From: an uncultured Akkermansia sp.
GTDB lineage: Bacteria; Verrucomicrobiota; Verrucomicrobiia; Verrucomicrobiales; DEV007
Reading direction: 5' to 3'
Assembly (NCBI GenBank): GCA_964435425.1
Contig: CAYSZN010000001.1
Location: forward strand, 9,513-48,627
Length of the DNA stretch: 39,115 nucleotides
The notes below the pieces were generated by a model that searched no databases, was not told where the DNA came from, and worked only from the letters and a program-made list of their open reading frames with translations. Both the position numbers and the translations under genes were made by a program. Shown here in pieces: positions 12,011-20,990 of the stretch (positions are counted from its first letter, which is position 1; every line of letters begins with the position of its first letter).

Positions 12011-13009
12011 GTGCCACCTCCGCTCCGCGCCGCCCGGCTGCTCCTCGTCGTGCTGTTCTCGGTGGCCGCGTGCACGACGGCCCCGGAAGCCCCGGCCGTA
12101 CCGGGTGCGCTCTCGGACGTGCGCGAGGTCGTCGACATCGCGGGTGAGCGCGTCCTCGTACCGGTGTCGCCGCAGCGTGTCGTCACCCTGAGCGAACCGA
12201 CGCTCGACGGTGCGCTCGCGCTCGGCGTCGTGCCGGTGGGCACGGTCACGGGCAGGGGCCAGTCCGGCGTGCCGAACTACCTCGCTGACCTCGCGGGGGA
12301 CATCCCGGTGCTCGGCGGCGTGGCCCAACCGAACTTCGAGGCCATCGGTGCCGCCGAGCCGGACCTCATCCTCGTCGACGGCACCTCCATCAACAACAAC
12401 CCGGACGCGATCGCGGTGCTGCGACAGATCGCCCCCGTCGTCTACACGGGCTACGCGGGCGGCGACTGGCGGGTCAACTTCCGCCTCGTCGCCCAGGCCC
12501 TCAACCTCGAGGCCGAGGGAGAAGCGGTCGTCGCGGCCTACGACGAGGAGGTCGCCGCGGCGTCGGCCGCACTCGCCGGCTACGCGCAGGACACGTTCTC
12601 GATCGTGCGCTGGCAGGGTGGCTCGGCGGCCCTCATCCTGATCGAGCTCCCACCCGGCCAGGCGCTCGCCGACCTCGGCCTGCGCCGCCCCGAGAACCAG
12701 GACCGGCGCGGCCGCGGCCACTCCGAGCCCGTCTCGCTCGAGAACCTCGCGGAGATCGACGCCGACCACATGTTCTTCGGCACGCTCGGCGGTTCCTCGG
12801 TGGGCAACCCCGGCGCGGGCGGCACGGTGGACCTGGCCGGCGCGCGCGCCGCCCTCGCCCAGGCCGAGACGGTCCCGGGCTTCACCGAGCTGACCGCCTA
12901 CCGCACGGGCCGCGTCATCCTCGTCGACGGCTCGTTGTGGACCTCGACGGGTGGCCCCCTGCTCATGTCGAGGATCGTCAGCTCCGTGCGGGAGGCGCTG
13001 GATGTCTAG
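12011..13009 (+). CDS. Iron-siderophore ABC transporter substrate-binding lipoprotein
   Basis: Lipobox VAAC; PQRVVTLSE, LALGVVPVG, PNFEAIGAAEPDLIL, SLENLAEIDAD typical of FhuD/FepB/FecB-class proteins; start 12011 or 11966. Confidence 0.92.
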   Translation: MPPPLRAARLLLVVLFSVAACTTAPEAPAVPGALSDVREVVDIAGERVLVPVSPQRVVTLSEPTLDGALALGVVPVGTVTGRGQSGVPNYLADLAGDIPVLGGVAQPNFEAIGAAEPDLILVDGTSINNNPDAIAVLRQIAPVVYTGYAGGDWRVNFRLVAQALNLEAEGEAVVAAYDEEVAAASAALAGYAQDTFSIVRWQGGSAALILIELPPGQALADLGLRRPENQDRRGRGHSEPVSLENLAEIDADHMFFGTLGGSSVGNPGAGGTVDLAGARAALAQAETVPGFTELTAYRTGRVILVDGSLWTSTGGPLLMSRIVSSVREALDV

Positions 13010-15356
13010 GGCTCGACGGCGCGCGACCGCCTGGTGGTGCCTGCTCGGGTTCGTGGCCACGGCGCTCGTGTCCGGAATCGCACCCGCGCACGCCCGCGAG
13101 TACACCTCGCCTACCGAGCCGGGCCTGCGGCTCGTCGTGCCCGAGGCCGTCGAGCTGGGCTCGGACATCGTGGTGTCCGGCACGGGTTGGCTCGGCGCGG
13201 CCGGTGCCTCGGTGATCGGCGTGCTGGTCGACGCGAAGGTCTCGGGCGACCCGGGCACGGTGTTCACGAGGCGCGACGTGATCGATCCCCTCACGGGTGG
13301 TGTGGTCGCGGACAAGCGGTTGCACGCCGTCGTCGCCGCGGAGCCCGACGGGAGCTGGCGGGCCACGATCCCGTTCCCGACCCCGGCGAACTCCTACTCC
13401 GGCTACGTCGACGGCGGGCCCGCGATCGACGCCTGGGCCGTCGGCGGAACCCACCAGCTCCGCTTCCTCACGGGAAGCCTGCTCCCCGGGGACACCCTGC
13501 GTTCCCTCGCCGCCGACTTCGTCGTGGTCGGCGCCGCGGGCCCGGGACCGCACGACCCGCCCGCGTGGCCGCACGAGGAGCTCCGCGCCGAGGGCCCGGG
13601 CGGCACCCCCGCCGCGACGGTGTGGGTCGACGCCGCCGTCGACGCCGCGGCAGGTGCCACGATCCGTCTCAAGGGCTCGGGCTGGACGACGGCGGACGGC
13701 ACGGGACCCTCGACCGTCGCGGTCAAGCTCAACAGCGGTCCGACCACGCAGTACACGCGCTCGGGCACGGAGGTGGTCGAGCACCCGTCGGCCAAGGGCG
13801 ACGACACGATCTGGGCGCTGCTCGCCGGCTCCAACCCCGCCGCCCATCCGCACGTGCTGCCGGTCCGGGCGGACGGGACCTTCGAGGTCGAGCTCGACGC
13901 ACCGCGGGGGCTGGTCGCCGGGCAGTACCTCACCGTCCTGCTCCAGTCGGGGCGGTTCGACGCCGCGGACGTGCAGCGCACGGTGACCTCCGGGTACCTC
14001 GTCGTCGGCTCGGTGCCGTACGAGGAGGAGGACACCTCGACCCGGGAGCGCACGTGCCGCGGTGCCGAGCGGGCCACGGTCACGGTCGAGGAGCCCACGG
14101 TGGCGCTCGGCGGTGTGCTGCGCCTGACCGGTGAGGGCTGGTGCCACCCCGGCAAGCGGCGCGGCGGCTCCGTCATCGCGGTCAAGATCGACGAGGGCGC
14201 CTACAGCAGGCTCGACGGCGACCTGCACCAGAACCGCACGATCTGGGCGCTCGTCGAGGCGGACGCCAAGGACGGCACGTTCGACGTCGAGATCCCGCTC
14301 CCGGACGGCACGGGTGCGGGGGAGCTCGGCTCGAGCCCTCGCTTCCGCAAGGGCGCCCACACGGTGCGCCTGCTCAGCGGCTCGCTCAAGAGCGGTGACG
14401 CCGTGCGGACGGTCCGCTCCGAGGAGTTCGTCGTCGGCCGGTACCGCCCCCTCGGCGTGCCCGCCCCCGTGCTCGCCGACAATGACCTGCGGCGGGCGAC
14501 ACGAGGCGGGCTCGCCGCCGAGGTCCGCGGCGGCCGACTCCACGTCACGGTGCCCGGGACGCAGGCCGGCGACTGGGTATTCCTGAGCGCCTACGTGGCC
14601 GACGGCTCACCGCGCTACCCCTGGGAGGCCACGTGGTTCAGGGTCCGCGAGGGCGGGACGGTGGTCGCTCCGCTCGCCGAGCGCGACCTCCCCGCCGGCC
14701 CGGTGCGCCTCGTGGCGCAGTCGGGGAACCAGGGTGCGTTCGGCACGCTGCTCGGCTGGACGAAGGTCGAGCTCGCACCCGCCCCCGCACCCAGGAAGCC
14801 GCGCGCCGCACCGGCTCCCGTGGCGCCCGTACCGGATCCGGCGAAGGCCCCCACCCAGGTGCCGGCGGCACCCGGGACGCTCGCCGCGGACGCCCGGTCC
14901 GGGGCGCACGCCGAGGTCCTCGACGGCATCGTCACCGTGACCCTGCCCGACCTCGCGCCGGGGACCTGGGTGTACGCCTACCTCTACCCGGGTCCGCACC
15001 CGCTGGGCTGGGTACGCCTCGACACCGAACGCCGGGTGGTGCTCGACGCGACGTCCCTCGGTGCGGCGACCGTGCAGCTCGCGTTCCTCGACGTCGAGGG
15101 TGCGGTGCTCGGCTGGGTCGACGCCACCCTGGGCGCTGAGCCGGAGCCCGAGACGCCCCCCGAGCCGGAGCCGGCCGCGCCCGTCGCCGCTCCGGAGGAC
15201 GACGCCGTGGTCGTCGCGCTCGGTCCCGCACCGGGCCCGACGTGGGGCCCCGCACGCGACGACCTGTGGCTCCTCGCCGCAGCGGCCCTCCTCCTGCTCG
15301 GTGCCGCGACCTGGCCGCGCCTGGGCCGTCGCGTCTCTCGGGGCGGTGCCGCATGA
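13002..15356 (+). CDS. Large surface-anchored protein with 3 + 2 repeated Ig-like modules (uncharacterised)
   Basis: Signal peptide ending PAHA; internal repeats; Pro/Glu linker; C-terminal hydrophobic helix plus Arg tail; overlaps the SBP stop. Confidence 0.82.
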   Translation: MSRARRRATAWWCLLGFVATALVSGIAPAHAREYTSPTEPGLRLVVPEAVELGSDIVVSGTGWLGAAGASVIGVLVDAKVSGDPGTVFTRRDVIDPLTGGVVADKRLHAVVAAEPDGSWRATIPFPTPANSYSGYVDGGPAIDAWAVGGTHQLRFLTGSLLPGDTLRSLAADFVVVGAAGPGPHDPPAWPHEELRAEGPGGTPAATVWVDAAVDAAAGATIRLKGSGWTTADGTGPSTVAVKLNSGPTTQYTRSGTEVVEHPSAKGDDTIWALLAGSNPAAHPHVLPVRADGTFEVELDAPRGLVAGQYLTVLLQSGRFDAADVQRTVTSGYLVVGSVPYEEEDTSTRERTCRGAERATVTVEEPTVALGGVLRLTGEGWCHPGKRRGGSVIAVKIDEGAYSRLDGDLHQNRTIWALVEADAKDGTFDVEIPLPDGTGAGELGSSPRFRKGAHTVRLLSGSLKSGDAVRTVRSEEFVVGRYRPLGVPAPVLADNDLRRATRGGLAAEVRGGRLHVTVPGTQAGDWVFLSAYVADGSPRYPWEATWFRVREGGTVVAPLAERDLPAGPVRLVAQSGNQGAFGTLLGWTKVELAPAPAPRKPRAAPAPVAPVPDPAKAPTQVPAAPGTLAADARSGAHAEVLDGIVTVTLPDLAPGTWVYAYLYPGPHPLGWVRLDTERRVVLDATSLGAATVQLAFLDVEGAVLGWVDATLGAEPEPETPPEPEPAAPVAAPEDDAVVVALGPAPGPTWGPARDDLWLLAAAALLLLGAATWPRLGRRVSRGGAA

Positions 15357-16147
15357 GCCGCGCGGTTCGCGGCAGCGCGCTCCGGGGCTGGTCGGTCGTG
15401 TGCCTCGCCGTGCTGCTCGCCGTGCTCCTCGCGCCGTCGGGCGTGGCGATCCCGCCCGACGGCGCGGGGCCGGACACCCCGGGCACGGGCGCCTCGGTCA
15501 GTCCCCGCACCCTGCGTGCGGGGGAGGTCCTCAGCTTCTCCGTGACGGGATTCCCGGCCGGCGAGACCGTCTACATCAAGATCGACGACGGCCAGCAGTG
15601 CGACTCGGCCGCGGTCCACGGGGCGTGCGTCTACCACCGCCAGGCGATCGACTCGCGAGGCAGGGCCTCCGGCTCGTTCGTGCTGCCGGCCGAGCTCGCC
15701 ACGGGCGCGCACTGGCTGCGGTTCCTCGCGAGCGCGGAGCTGCTCGACGCGGACGGCAACTACCTCGGGGTCGAGGGCTACACCCGTCGCGGTGGCGCCG
15801 ACTTCACCGTCACGGCGGGCGAGGCGGCCCCCAGGCCCGACGAACCGGGGGCCGGGGAACCCGACGGGTCCACGGCCGACGGCGCCGGCGCGGACGGCAC
15901 CCTCGTCATCGATCTCGGTGACGTGACTCTCGCGGAGCCGGAGCCGGAGAGCGAGCCGTCGCCGACGCCGAGCACGCCCGCGCCCACGCCGACACCCACA
16001 TCCACGACCGGGCCCGACGACGCCGTCGCGACCGCGGTACAGCCCCCGGCACCCCGCACGCCGTGGCTCGGCATCGCGGGGCTCGCCGTGGCCGTCATCG
16101 TCGCCGCGGCGCTCGGGGTGGCTCGCCGTCGTCGGCCCGGGGCGTGA
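15353..16147 (+). CDS. Surface-anchored protein with one Ig-like module (uncharacterised)
   Basis: ATGA coupling; signal peptide; module GEVLSFSVTGF...YIKIDDG...GAHWLRFLAS; PT/PE linker; TM plus RRRR tail. Confidence 0.82.
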   Translation: MSRAVRGSALRGWSVVCLAVLLAVLLAPSGVAIPPDGAGPDTPGTGASVSPRTLRAGEVLSFSVTGFPAGETVYIKIDDGQQCDSAAVHGACVYHRQAIDSRGRASGSFVLPAELATGAHWLRFLASAELLDADGNYLGVEGYTRRGGADFTVTAGEAAPRPDEPGAGEPDGSTADGAGADGTLVIDLGDVTLAEPEPESEPSPTPSTPAPTPTPTSTTGPDDAVATAVQPPAPRTPWLGIAGLAVAVIVAAALGVARRRRPGA

Positions 16148-17181
16148 GCTCGACCCTCGCGCGCGAGCCCTTGCGTGCCCGGACCAGGCGCACCCGGCGG
16201 TTCGCGGCACTGGCGCTCGCCCTCGCCGTCCTCGTCCTCGTCGCGCTCGCGAGCCTCGCGCTCGGCTCCCGACCCGTCCCGCTCGGTTCGGTCCTGCCTC
16301 TCCTGCTCGCCCCGGACGGCTCGGCGGACTCGCTCGTGCTGACCGAGCTGCGGATACCGCGCACGGTGCTCGGGCTGCTCGTGGGCGCGGCGCTCGGGCT
16401 CGCCGGGGCGCTCATGCAGGCGCTGACCCGCAACCCGCTCGCGGACCCCGGCATCCTCGGGGTCAACGCCGGGGCCGCGTTCGCGGTCGTCGTCGCGGTC
16501 GCGCTCACCGGGATCAGCGCCGTCGCCTTCTCGGTGTGGTTCGCGCTGCTCGGTGCTGGCCTCGCGTCGGCCGGGGTGTTCGTCCTGGGCTCGATGGGGA
16601 GGCAGTCGGCGACCCCCGCGCGCCTCGCCCTGGCCGGGGTCGCGGTCGCGGCGGCGCTCGCCGCGCTGTCGCAAGCGGTGCTGCTCGCCGATCAGGTGGC
16701 CTTCAACGAGCTGCGGTTCTGGCTCGCGGGCTCGCTCGAGGGCAGGGGCTGGCCGGTCGTGGCCACGATCGCCCCGTTCGTCCTGCTCGGCTCGGTGCTC
16801 GCCCTCGCCCTCGGCCCGGCGCTCAACGCCGTGGCGCTCGGGGACGAGACCGGAGCGGCGCTCGGGGTCCGGGTCAGGCGGGTGCGGCTCGGGACGATGC
16901 TCGCGACCACGGCGCTGTGCGGCGCGGCGACCGCGGCCGCGGGACCGATCGCGTTCGTGGGCCTCGCCGTGCCGTTCGTGGCGCGCGCCCTCGTGGGTTC
17001 GGACCACCGCTGGACCGGCTTGCTGTGCCTCGTGCTCGGCCCGGCGTTCCTCCTCGGCGCCGACGTCGTCGCCCGCGTGGTCACGGGGGGTCAGGAGATC
17101 CAGGTGGGGATCGTCACGGCGCTCGTGGGGGCACCCGTGTTCGTCGCCGTCGTGCGCCGACGTCGGATCGAGGCGCTGTGA
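16144..17181 (+). CDS. FecCD-family iron-siderophore ABC permease (FepD-like)
   Basis: RIPRTVLG, MQALTRNPLADPGILGVNAGA, GPIAFVGL; GTGA coupling. Confidence 0.95.
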   Translation: MSSTLAREPLRARTRRTRRFAALALALAVLVLVALASLALGSRPVPLGSVLPLLLAPDGSADSLVLTELRIPRTVLGLLVGAALGLAGALMQALTRNPLADPGILGVNAGAAFAVVVAVALTGISAVAFSVWFALLGAGLASAGVFVLGSMGRQSATPARLALAGVAVAAALAALSQAVLLADQVAFNELRFWLAGSLEGRGWPVVATIAPFVLLGSVLALALGPALNAVALGDETGAALGVRVRRVRLGTMLATTALCGAATAAAGPIAFVGLAVPFVARALVGSDHRWTGLLCLVLGPAFLLGADVVARVVTGGQEIQVGIVTALVGAPVFVAVVRRRRIEAL

Positions 17182-18206
17182 GCACCCGCCACGTGGTCCT
17201 CGGGTCGTGGCGGCTCGAACGGCGACCGTTGCGCGTCGGTGTGCTCGTCATCGCCGGGCTCGTGGTCCTGGGCATCGGTGCACTCTTCCTCGGGGACTAC
17301 CCCATGACGGCCGGCGAGGTGCTCGGCGGTCTCGTCGGCCGGTGGCAGGACCCGCTCGGGCAGTACTTCCTCACTCAGGTCCGCGCACCCCGCGTCGTCG
17401 GGGGAGCGCTCACGGGCCTCGCGCTCGGGGTCGCCGGTGCGATCCTCCAGACGATCTCGCGCAACCCTCTCGGCAGCCCTGACATCGTGGGGTTGACGAC
17501 AGGGGCCGCCACGGGTGCCCTCGTGCAGATCATCGTCGTGGGAGCCGACACGCGGGCCGTGGCGCTCGGTGCCCTTGTCGGGGCCCTCGTGACCGCCGCG
17601 GCCGTCTACGGCCTCGCGTGGCGCCACGGTGTGGCCGGCCTGCGCTTCGTGCTCGTCGGCGTGGGGATCGGTGCGGCGCTCGCGGCCGTGAACTCCCTGC
17701 TCGTGGTCCGTGCCTCGCTCGTCGCTGCGCAGACGGCGGCACAGTGGCTCGCCGGCTCGCTCAACGCCGTGCTCTGGGGGCACGTGGCGCTGCTCGGGGC
17801 GGGGCTCGCGCTCGCTCTCGCGGCCGTGGCGGTCAAGGGCCGGGACCTCGCGATGATGGCGCTGCCCGACGACGTCGCGATCGCCGCGGGCGTCCGTGTA
17901 CAGCGCTCGCGGTGGTGGCTCATCGTGTGCGCCGTCGTCCTCGTCGCCCTCGCGACCGCGACCACCGGTCCCATCGGATTCGTCGCCCTCGCCGCACCGC
18001 ACCTCGCGCGGCTCGTCTCGCGGACCGCGGGTCCCGCGCTCGTGGTCTCGGGGCTCATGGGGGCCGCGCTCGTCGTCGCGAGCGACATCGTCGCCCAGCG
18101 GGTGCTCGCGCCGACGCAGCTCGCCGTCGGCGTCGTGACCGGCACGCTCGGCGGGGTGTACCTCGTCGCCCTGCTCGCCATCCAGTACCGGAGGCACCAC
18201 CTATGA
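17178..18206 (+). CDS. FecCD-family iron-siderophore ABC permease (FepG-like)
   Basis: RAPRVV, LQTISRNPLGSPDIVG, WLAGSLN, GPIGFVALAAPHL; GTGA coupling. Confidence 0.95.
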   Translation: MSTRHVVLGSWRLERRPLRVGVLVIAGLVVLGIGALFLGDYPMTAGEVLGGLVGRWQDPLGQYFLTQVRAPRVVGGALTGLALGVAGAILQTISRNPLGSPDIVGLTTGAATGALVQIIVVGADTRAVALGALVGALVTAAAVYGLAWRHGVAGLRFVLVGVGIGAALAAVNSLLVVRASLVAAQTAAQWLAGSLNAVLWGHVALLGAGLALALAAVAVKGRDLAMMALPDDVAIAAGVRVQRSRWWLIVCAVVLVALATATTGPIGFVALAAPHLARLVSRTAGPALVVSGLMGAALVVASDIVAQRVLAPTQLAVGVVTGTLGGVYLVALLAIQYRRHHL

Positions 18207-19000
18207 CGACCACGCCCGCGCGACTGCGCGCCCGAGACCTCACGGTCGGCTACGGCGACCGGGCTGTCGTCGAGCACCTCGACCTGGACGTCCTCGACGG
18301 CGAGCTGACCGTCGTCGTCGGCCCCAACGCGTGCGGAAAGTCGACGCTGCTCCGCGCGCTCGCGCGGGTGCTCGCCGTGCGCTCGGGCGCGGTGACGCTC
18401 GACGGCACGCCGCTCGTGGACTTCGCGGCCAAGAGCCTCGCCCGCGAGCTCGGTCTGCTCACCCAGGCACCCGTCGCCCCGGCCGGGATCACCGTGGCCG
18501 ATCTCGTGGCGCGGGGCAGGTACCCCCACCAGAGCCTCTTGCGGCAGTGGTCGCGCGCCGACGAGGACGCGGTCACCGCCGCGCTCGTCGCGGCCGGGGT
18601 CGACGACCTCGCCGAGCGCAGCATCGACGAGCTCTCGGGCGGTCAGCGCCAGCGGGTCTGGATCGCCATGGCGCTCGCGCAGGAGACCGAGCTGCTCCTG
18701 CTCGACGAGCCCACGACGTACCTCGACATCGCCCACCAGCTCGAGGTGCTCGACCTGGCGCGCCGGTTGCAGCGCGCGGGGCGGACCGTCGTCGTCGTCC
18801 TGCACGAGCTCCACCTCGCGTTCCGGTACGCGACCCACCTCGTGGTCATGCACGAGGGCGCGGTCGTGGCGCAGGGTTCGCCGGAGCGGGTCGTCACGGC
18901 CGAGCTCGTCGAGCGGGTCTACGGTGTGGAGTGCCTCGTGGTCCCCGATCCCGTCACGGCGCGGCCCATGGTCATCCCGCGCGACCGGGACGCCCGATGA
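18203..19000 (+). CDS. Iron-siderophore ABC ATP-binding protein (FepC-like)
   Basis: [41 protein letters not shown] coupling. Confidence 0.96.
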   Translation: MTTTPARLRARDLTVGYGDRAVVEHLDLDVLDGELTVVVGPNACGKSTLLRALARVLAVRSGAVTLDGTPLVDFAAKSLARELGLLTQAPVAPAGITVADLVARGRYPHQSLLRQWSRADEDAVTAALVAAGVDDLAERSIDELSGGQRQRVWIAMALAQETELLLLDEPTTYLDIAHQLEVLDLARRLQRAGRTVVVVLHELHLAFRYATHLVVMHEGAVVAQGSPERVVTAELVERVYGVECLVVPDPVTARPMVIPRDRDAR

Positions 19001-20217
19001 TCCAGACCCCGCCCAAGGTGCCCCGCCCGTCGCCGGCGCCCCGCGTGGCGAGCCGGCTCGTGGCCGAGCTCGCGGAGCGGATCGCCGCGACGCCGCCGGC
19101 GGGGCGGGCGGCGGTCCTCGAGGAGTTCTGGGTCACCGACGCGCGCGTCACCCCCGTGCTGGAGAGCCAGGGCGGCGGGTACGGCGTCGTGACCTTCCTG
19201 TGGCGGGACGCCGGGGCGGCCCAGGTGCTGCTCTTCGTGAACCGGCTCTCCGACGAGCGGAACCTCGGTGCGAGCCTCATGGCGCGGGTCGAGGGCACGG
19301 ACGTGTGGCACCTGAGCTACCGGATGCCGCTCGACTGGCGGGCGTCGTACGCCTTCGTGGTCGCCGCCGCGGGTACCGCGCTGCCGTGGCTGCTCGGTGA
19401 CCAGGTGCGCTTGCGGGCGGTGCTCGACAAGGGCGAGCCGGACCCGCGCAACCCCGTGACGAGCCGGAACCGCGCCGGGACCGTGCAGTCCGTGGTGACC
19501 CTGCCCCACGCGCCCGCCCAGCGCTGGCTCGAGCCCCGACCGGGCGCCGGCCCGCGAGGCAGCGTGGTGGCGGAGACCGGGCCCGGTGGGGAGCGGCTGT
19601 GGGTCTACCGCCCGGGCGAGGTGCCGCGGCGGGCCACCCCGCTCGTCGTCGTCTGGGACGGCGAGGTGTGGGCCGGGCCCCAGGACCTCGCGACCACCGT
19701 CGACAACCTCGTGGCCGACGGCGAGATCCCGCCCGTGCACATCGTCCTCGTCGACTCGGGAGGGGTCGAGGATCGCTGGAGGCTGCTCGGCGGCCCCACC
19801 GAGGCGCTCGTGGCACACGGCTCGGCGCTGCTCGACCGGGCCGCCGCGTCCCTCCCGGTCTCCGCAGCGCCACGGGACGTCGTCATGGTCGGGCAGAGCC
19901 TCGGCGGGCTCGCGGCCCTGCGCCTCGCGGCGGCGCTGCCCGGGCGGATCGGCGCCGTGCTGAGCCAGTCGGCCTCGTTGTGGCACGAGTCGGCGCAGGA
20001 GGAGCTGGCGGCGACAAGGCTGCGGGGCACCTCGGTCTACCTCGAGGTGGGCAGCGAGGAGTGGGTCCTCGTCGAGCCGCATCGCGCGGTGGCGGCGGCG
20101 CTCGACGCGACCGGTGCGCGGGTGCGGCTCGAGGAGTACACCGGTGGGCACGACTACGCGTGCTGGCGCGGGGGGATCGCGGACGGTCTGCGTTGGCTGC
20201 TCGGCGCTAGGCGCTGA
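18997..20217 (+). CDS. fes: Enterochelin-esterase-like (Fes) alpha/beta hydrolase
   Basis: N-terminal VTFLWRD...GTDVWHLSY...WRASY Fes domain, nucleophile GQSLGG, C-terminal GGHDYACWR; ATGA coupling. Confidence 0.88.
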   Translation: MIQTPPKVPRPSPAPRVASRLVAELAERIAATPPAGRAAVLEEFWVTDARVTPVLESQGGGYGVVTFLWRDAGAAQVLLFVNRLSDERNLGASLMARVEGTDVWHLSYRMPLDWRASYAFVVAAAGTALPWLLGDQVRLRAVLDKGEPDPRNPVTSRNRAGTVQSVVTLPHAPAQRWLEPRPGAGPRGSVVAETGPGGERLWVYRPGEVPRRATPLVVVWDGEVWAGPQDLATTVDNLVADGEIPPVHIVLVDSGGVEDRWRLLGGPTEALVAHGSALLDRAAASLPVSAAPRDVVMVGQSLGGLAALRLAAALPGRIGAVLSQSASLWHESAQEELAATRLRGTSVYLEVGSEEWVLVEPHRAVAAALDATGARVRLEEYTGGHDYACWRGGIADGLRWLLGARR

Positions 20218-20890
20218 TCTCCGTCGTCGCGCTGTCGCCGGGAGGTGCGGTGACGTCCCGGCTGACGTGCTCGGCCATCGCGAGGGCGGCGTCCACCGGC
20301 CGGGACCTCTCGATCGCGGCGAGCACGCGGGCGTGGTCGCTCGTCCTCGACGCGCCGGCACCGGGGTTCGTGGCGAGGCGGGGGCGCAGCGCCGCGAGGA
20401 TGCCCGCGTAGAGGTCGACGAGCAGCACCGAGCCGCTCGCCTCGACGACGAGGGCGTGGAACTGGCCCGGCACCTCGCCGCGGACCACGTCCCCCGAGCC
20501 GGCGAGGTCCGCCTCGTGCGTGGCCCGCAGCGCCGCCAGCTGAGCGGGGGAGCGGTGGGCGGCCGCCTCGCGTGCGGCCTCGACCTCGATCGCGCGGCGA
20601 AAGCTCAGCACGTCGTCGAGCGCGAAGTCGTGCAGGTAGTCGGTCAGGACCGGCCGGACGGGGGTGCGAGACCGCACGAAGGTGCCCCTTCCCACGGCGG
20701 GCTCGAGCATGCCGAGCCCGGCCAGGGCGCTGACCGCCTCACGAATCGTCGTGCGGCCGACCCCGAGGGTCGCGGCGAGCTCCGGTTCCGTGGGGATCTT
20801 GGAGTTGACGGGCCAGGTGCCGGACGTGATCTGCTGCCGCAGGTAGGCGAGGGTGGCGCGCGCCGGGGAGGTGCCCGTGCTCCGAGTCAT
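20207..20890 (-). CDS. GntR family, FadR-subfamily transcriptional regulator (HTH + FCD)
   Basis: KIPTEPELAATLGVGRTTIREA...GRGTFV wHTH; FCD with RRAIE and FHALVVEASG; own AAGGAG RBS and TAAACT -10 candidate (20912-20917). Confidence 0.93.
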   Translation of the reverse strand: MTRSTGTSPARATLAYLRQQITSGTWPVNSKIPTEPELAATLGVGRTTIREAVSALAGLGMLEPAVGRGTFVRSRTPVRPVLTDYLHDFALDDVLSFRRAIEVEAAREAAAHRSPAQLAALRATHEADLAGSGDVVRGEVPGQFHALVVEASGSVLLVDLYAGILAALRPRLATNPGAGASRTSDHARVLAAIERSRPVDAALAMAEHVSRDVTAPPGDSATTEISA

Positions 20891-20936
20891 CTGTGCTCCT
20901 TCGTCCCTGGCAGTTTAGGGGTGATGGGGGTCGGCG

Positions 20937-20977
20937 CGGCCACGGCCGGAACCCGGTGCGGGTCCCGGCCGTGGCCG
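20937..20977 (-). terminator. Long GC-rich hairpin (probable terminator) after the beta-propeller gene
   Basis: CGGCCACGGCCGGAACCCG / CGGGTCCCGGCCGTGGCCG inverted repeat, 19-bp stem whose single mismatch becomes G-U on the minus-strand RNA; 13 nt after the stop. Confidence 0.72.
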
Positions 20978-20990
20978 TCTGTGCGTCGTA

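Noticed and set aside
15931..16010. Short tandem-like repeats (also 15137-15175, 24450-24475, 33760-33850)
   Set aside because: They encode Pro-rich protein linkers; no repeat-spacer periodicity of a CRISPR array
13002..16147. Possible HtaA or NEAT heme-binding proteins
   Set aside because: No HtaA-type WG.K.SF..Y pattern or NEAT YxxxY pattern recognised; linkage to a Fes esterase favours siderophores (HMM search still needed)
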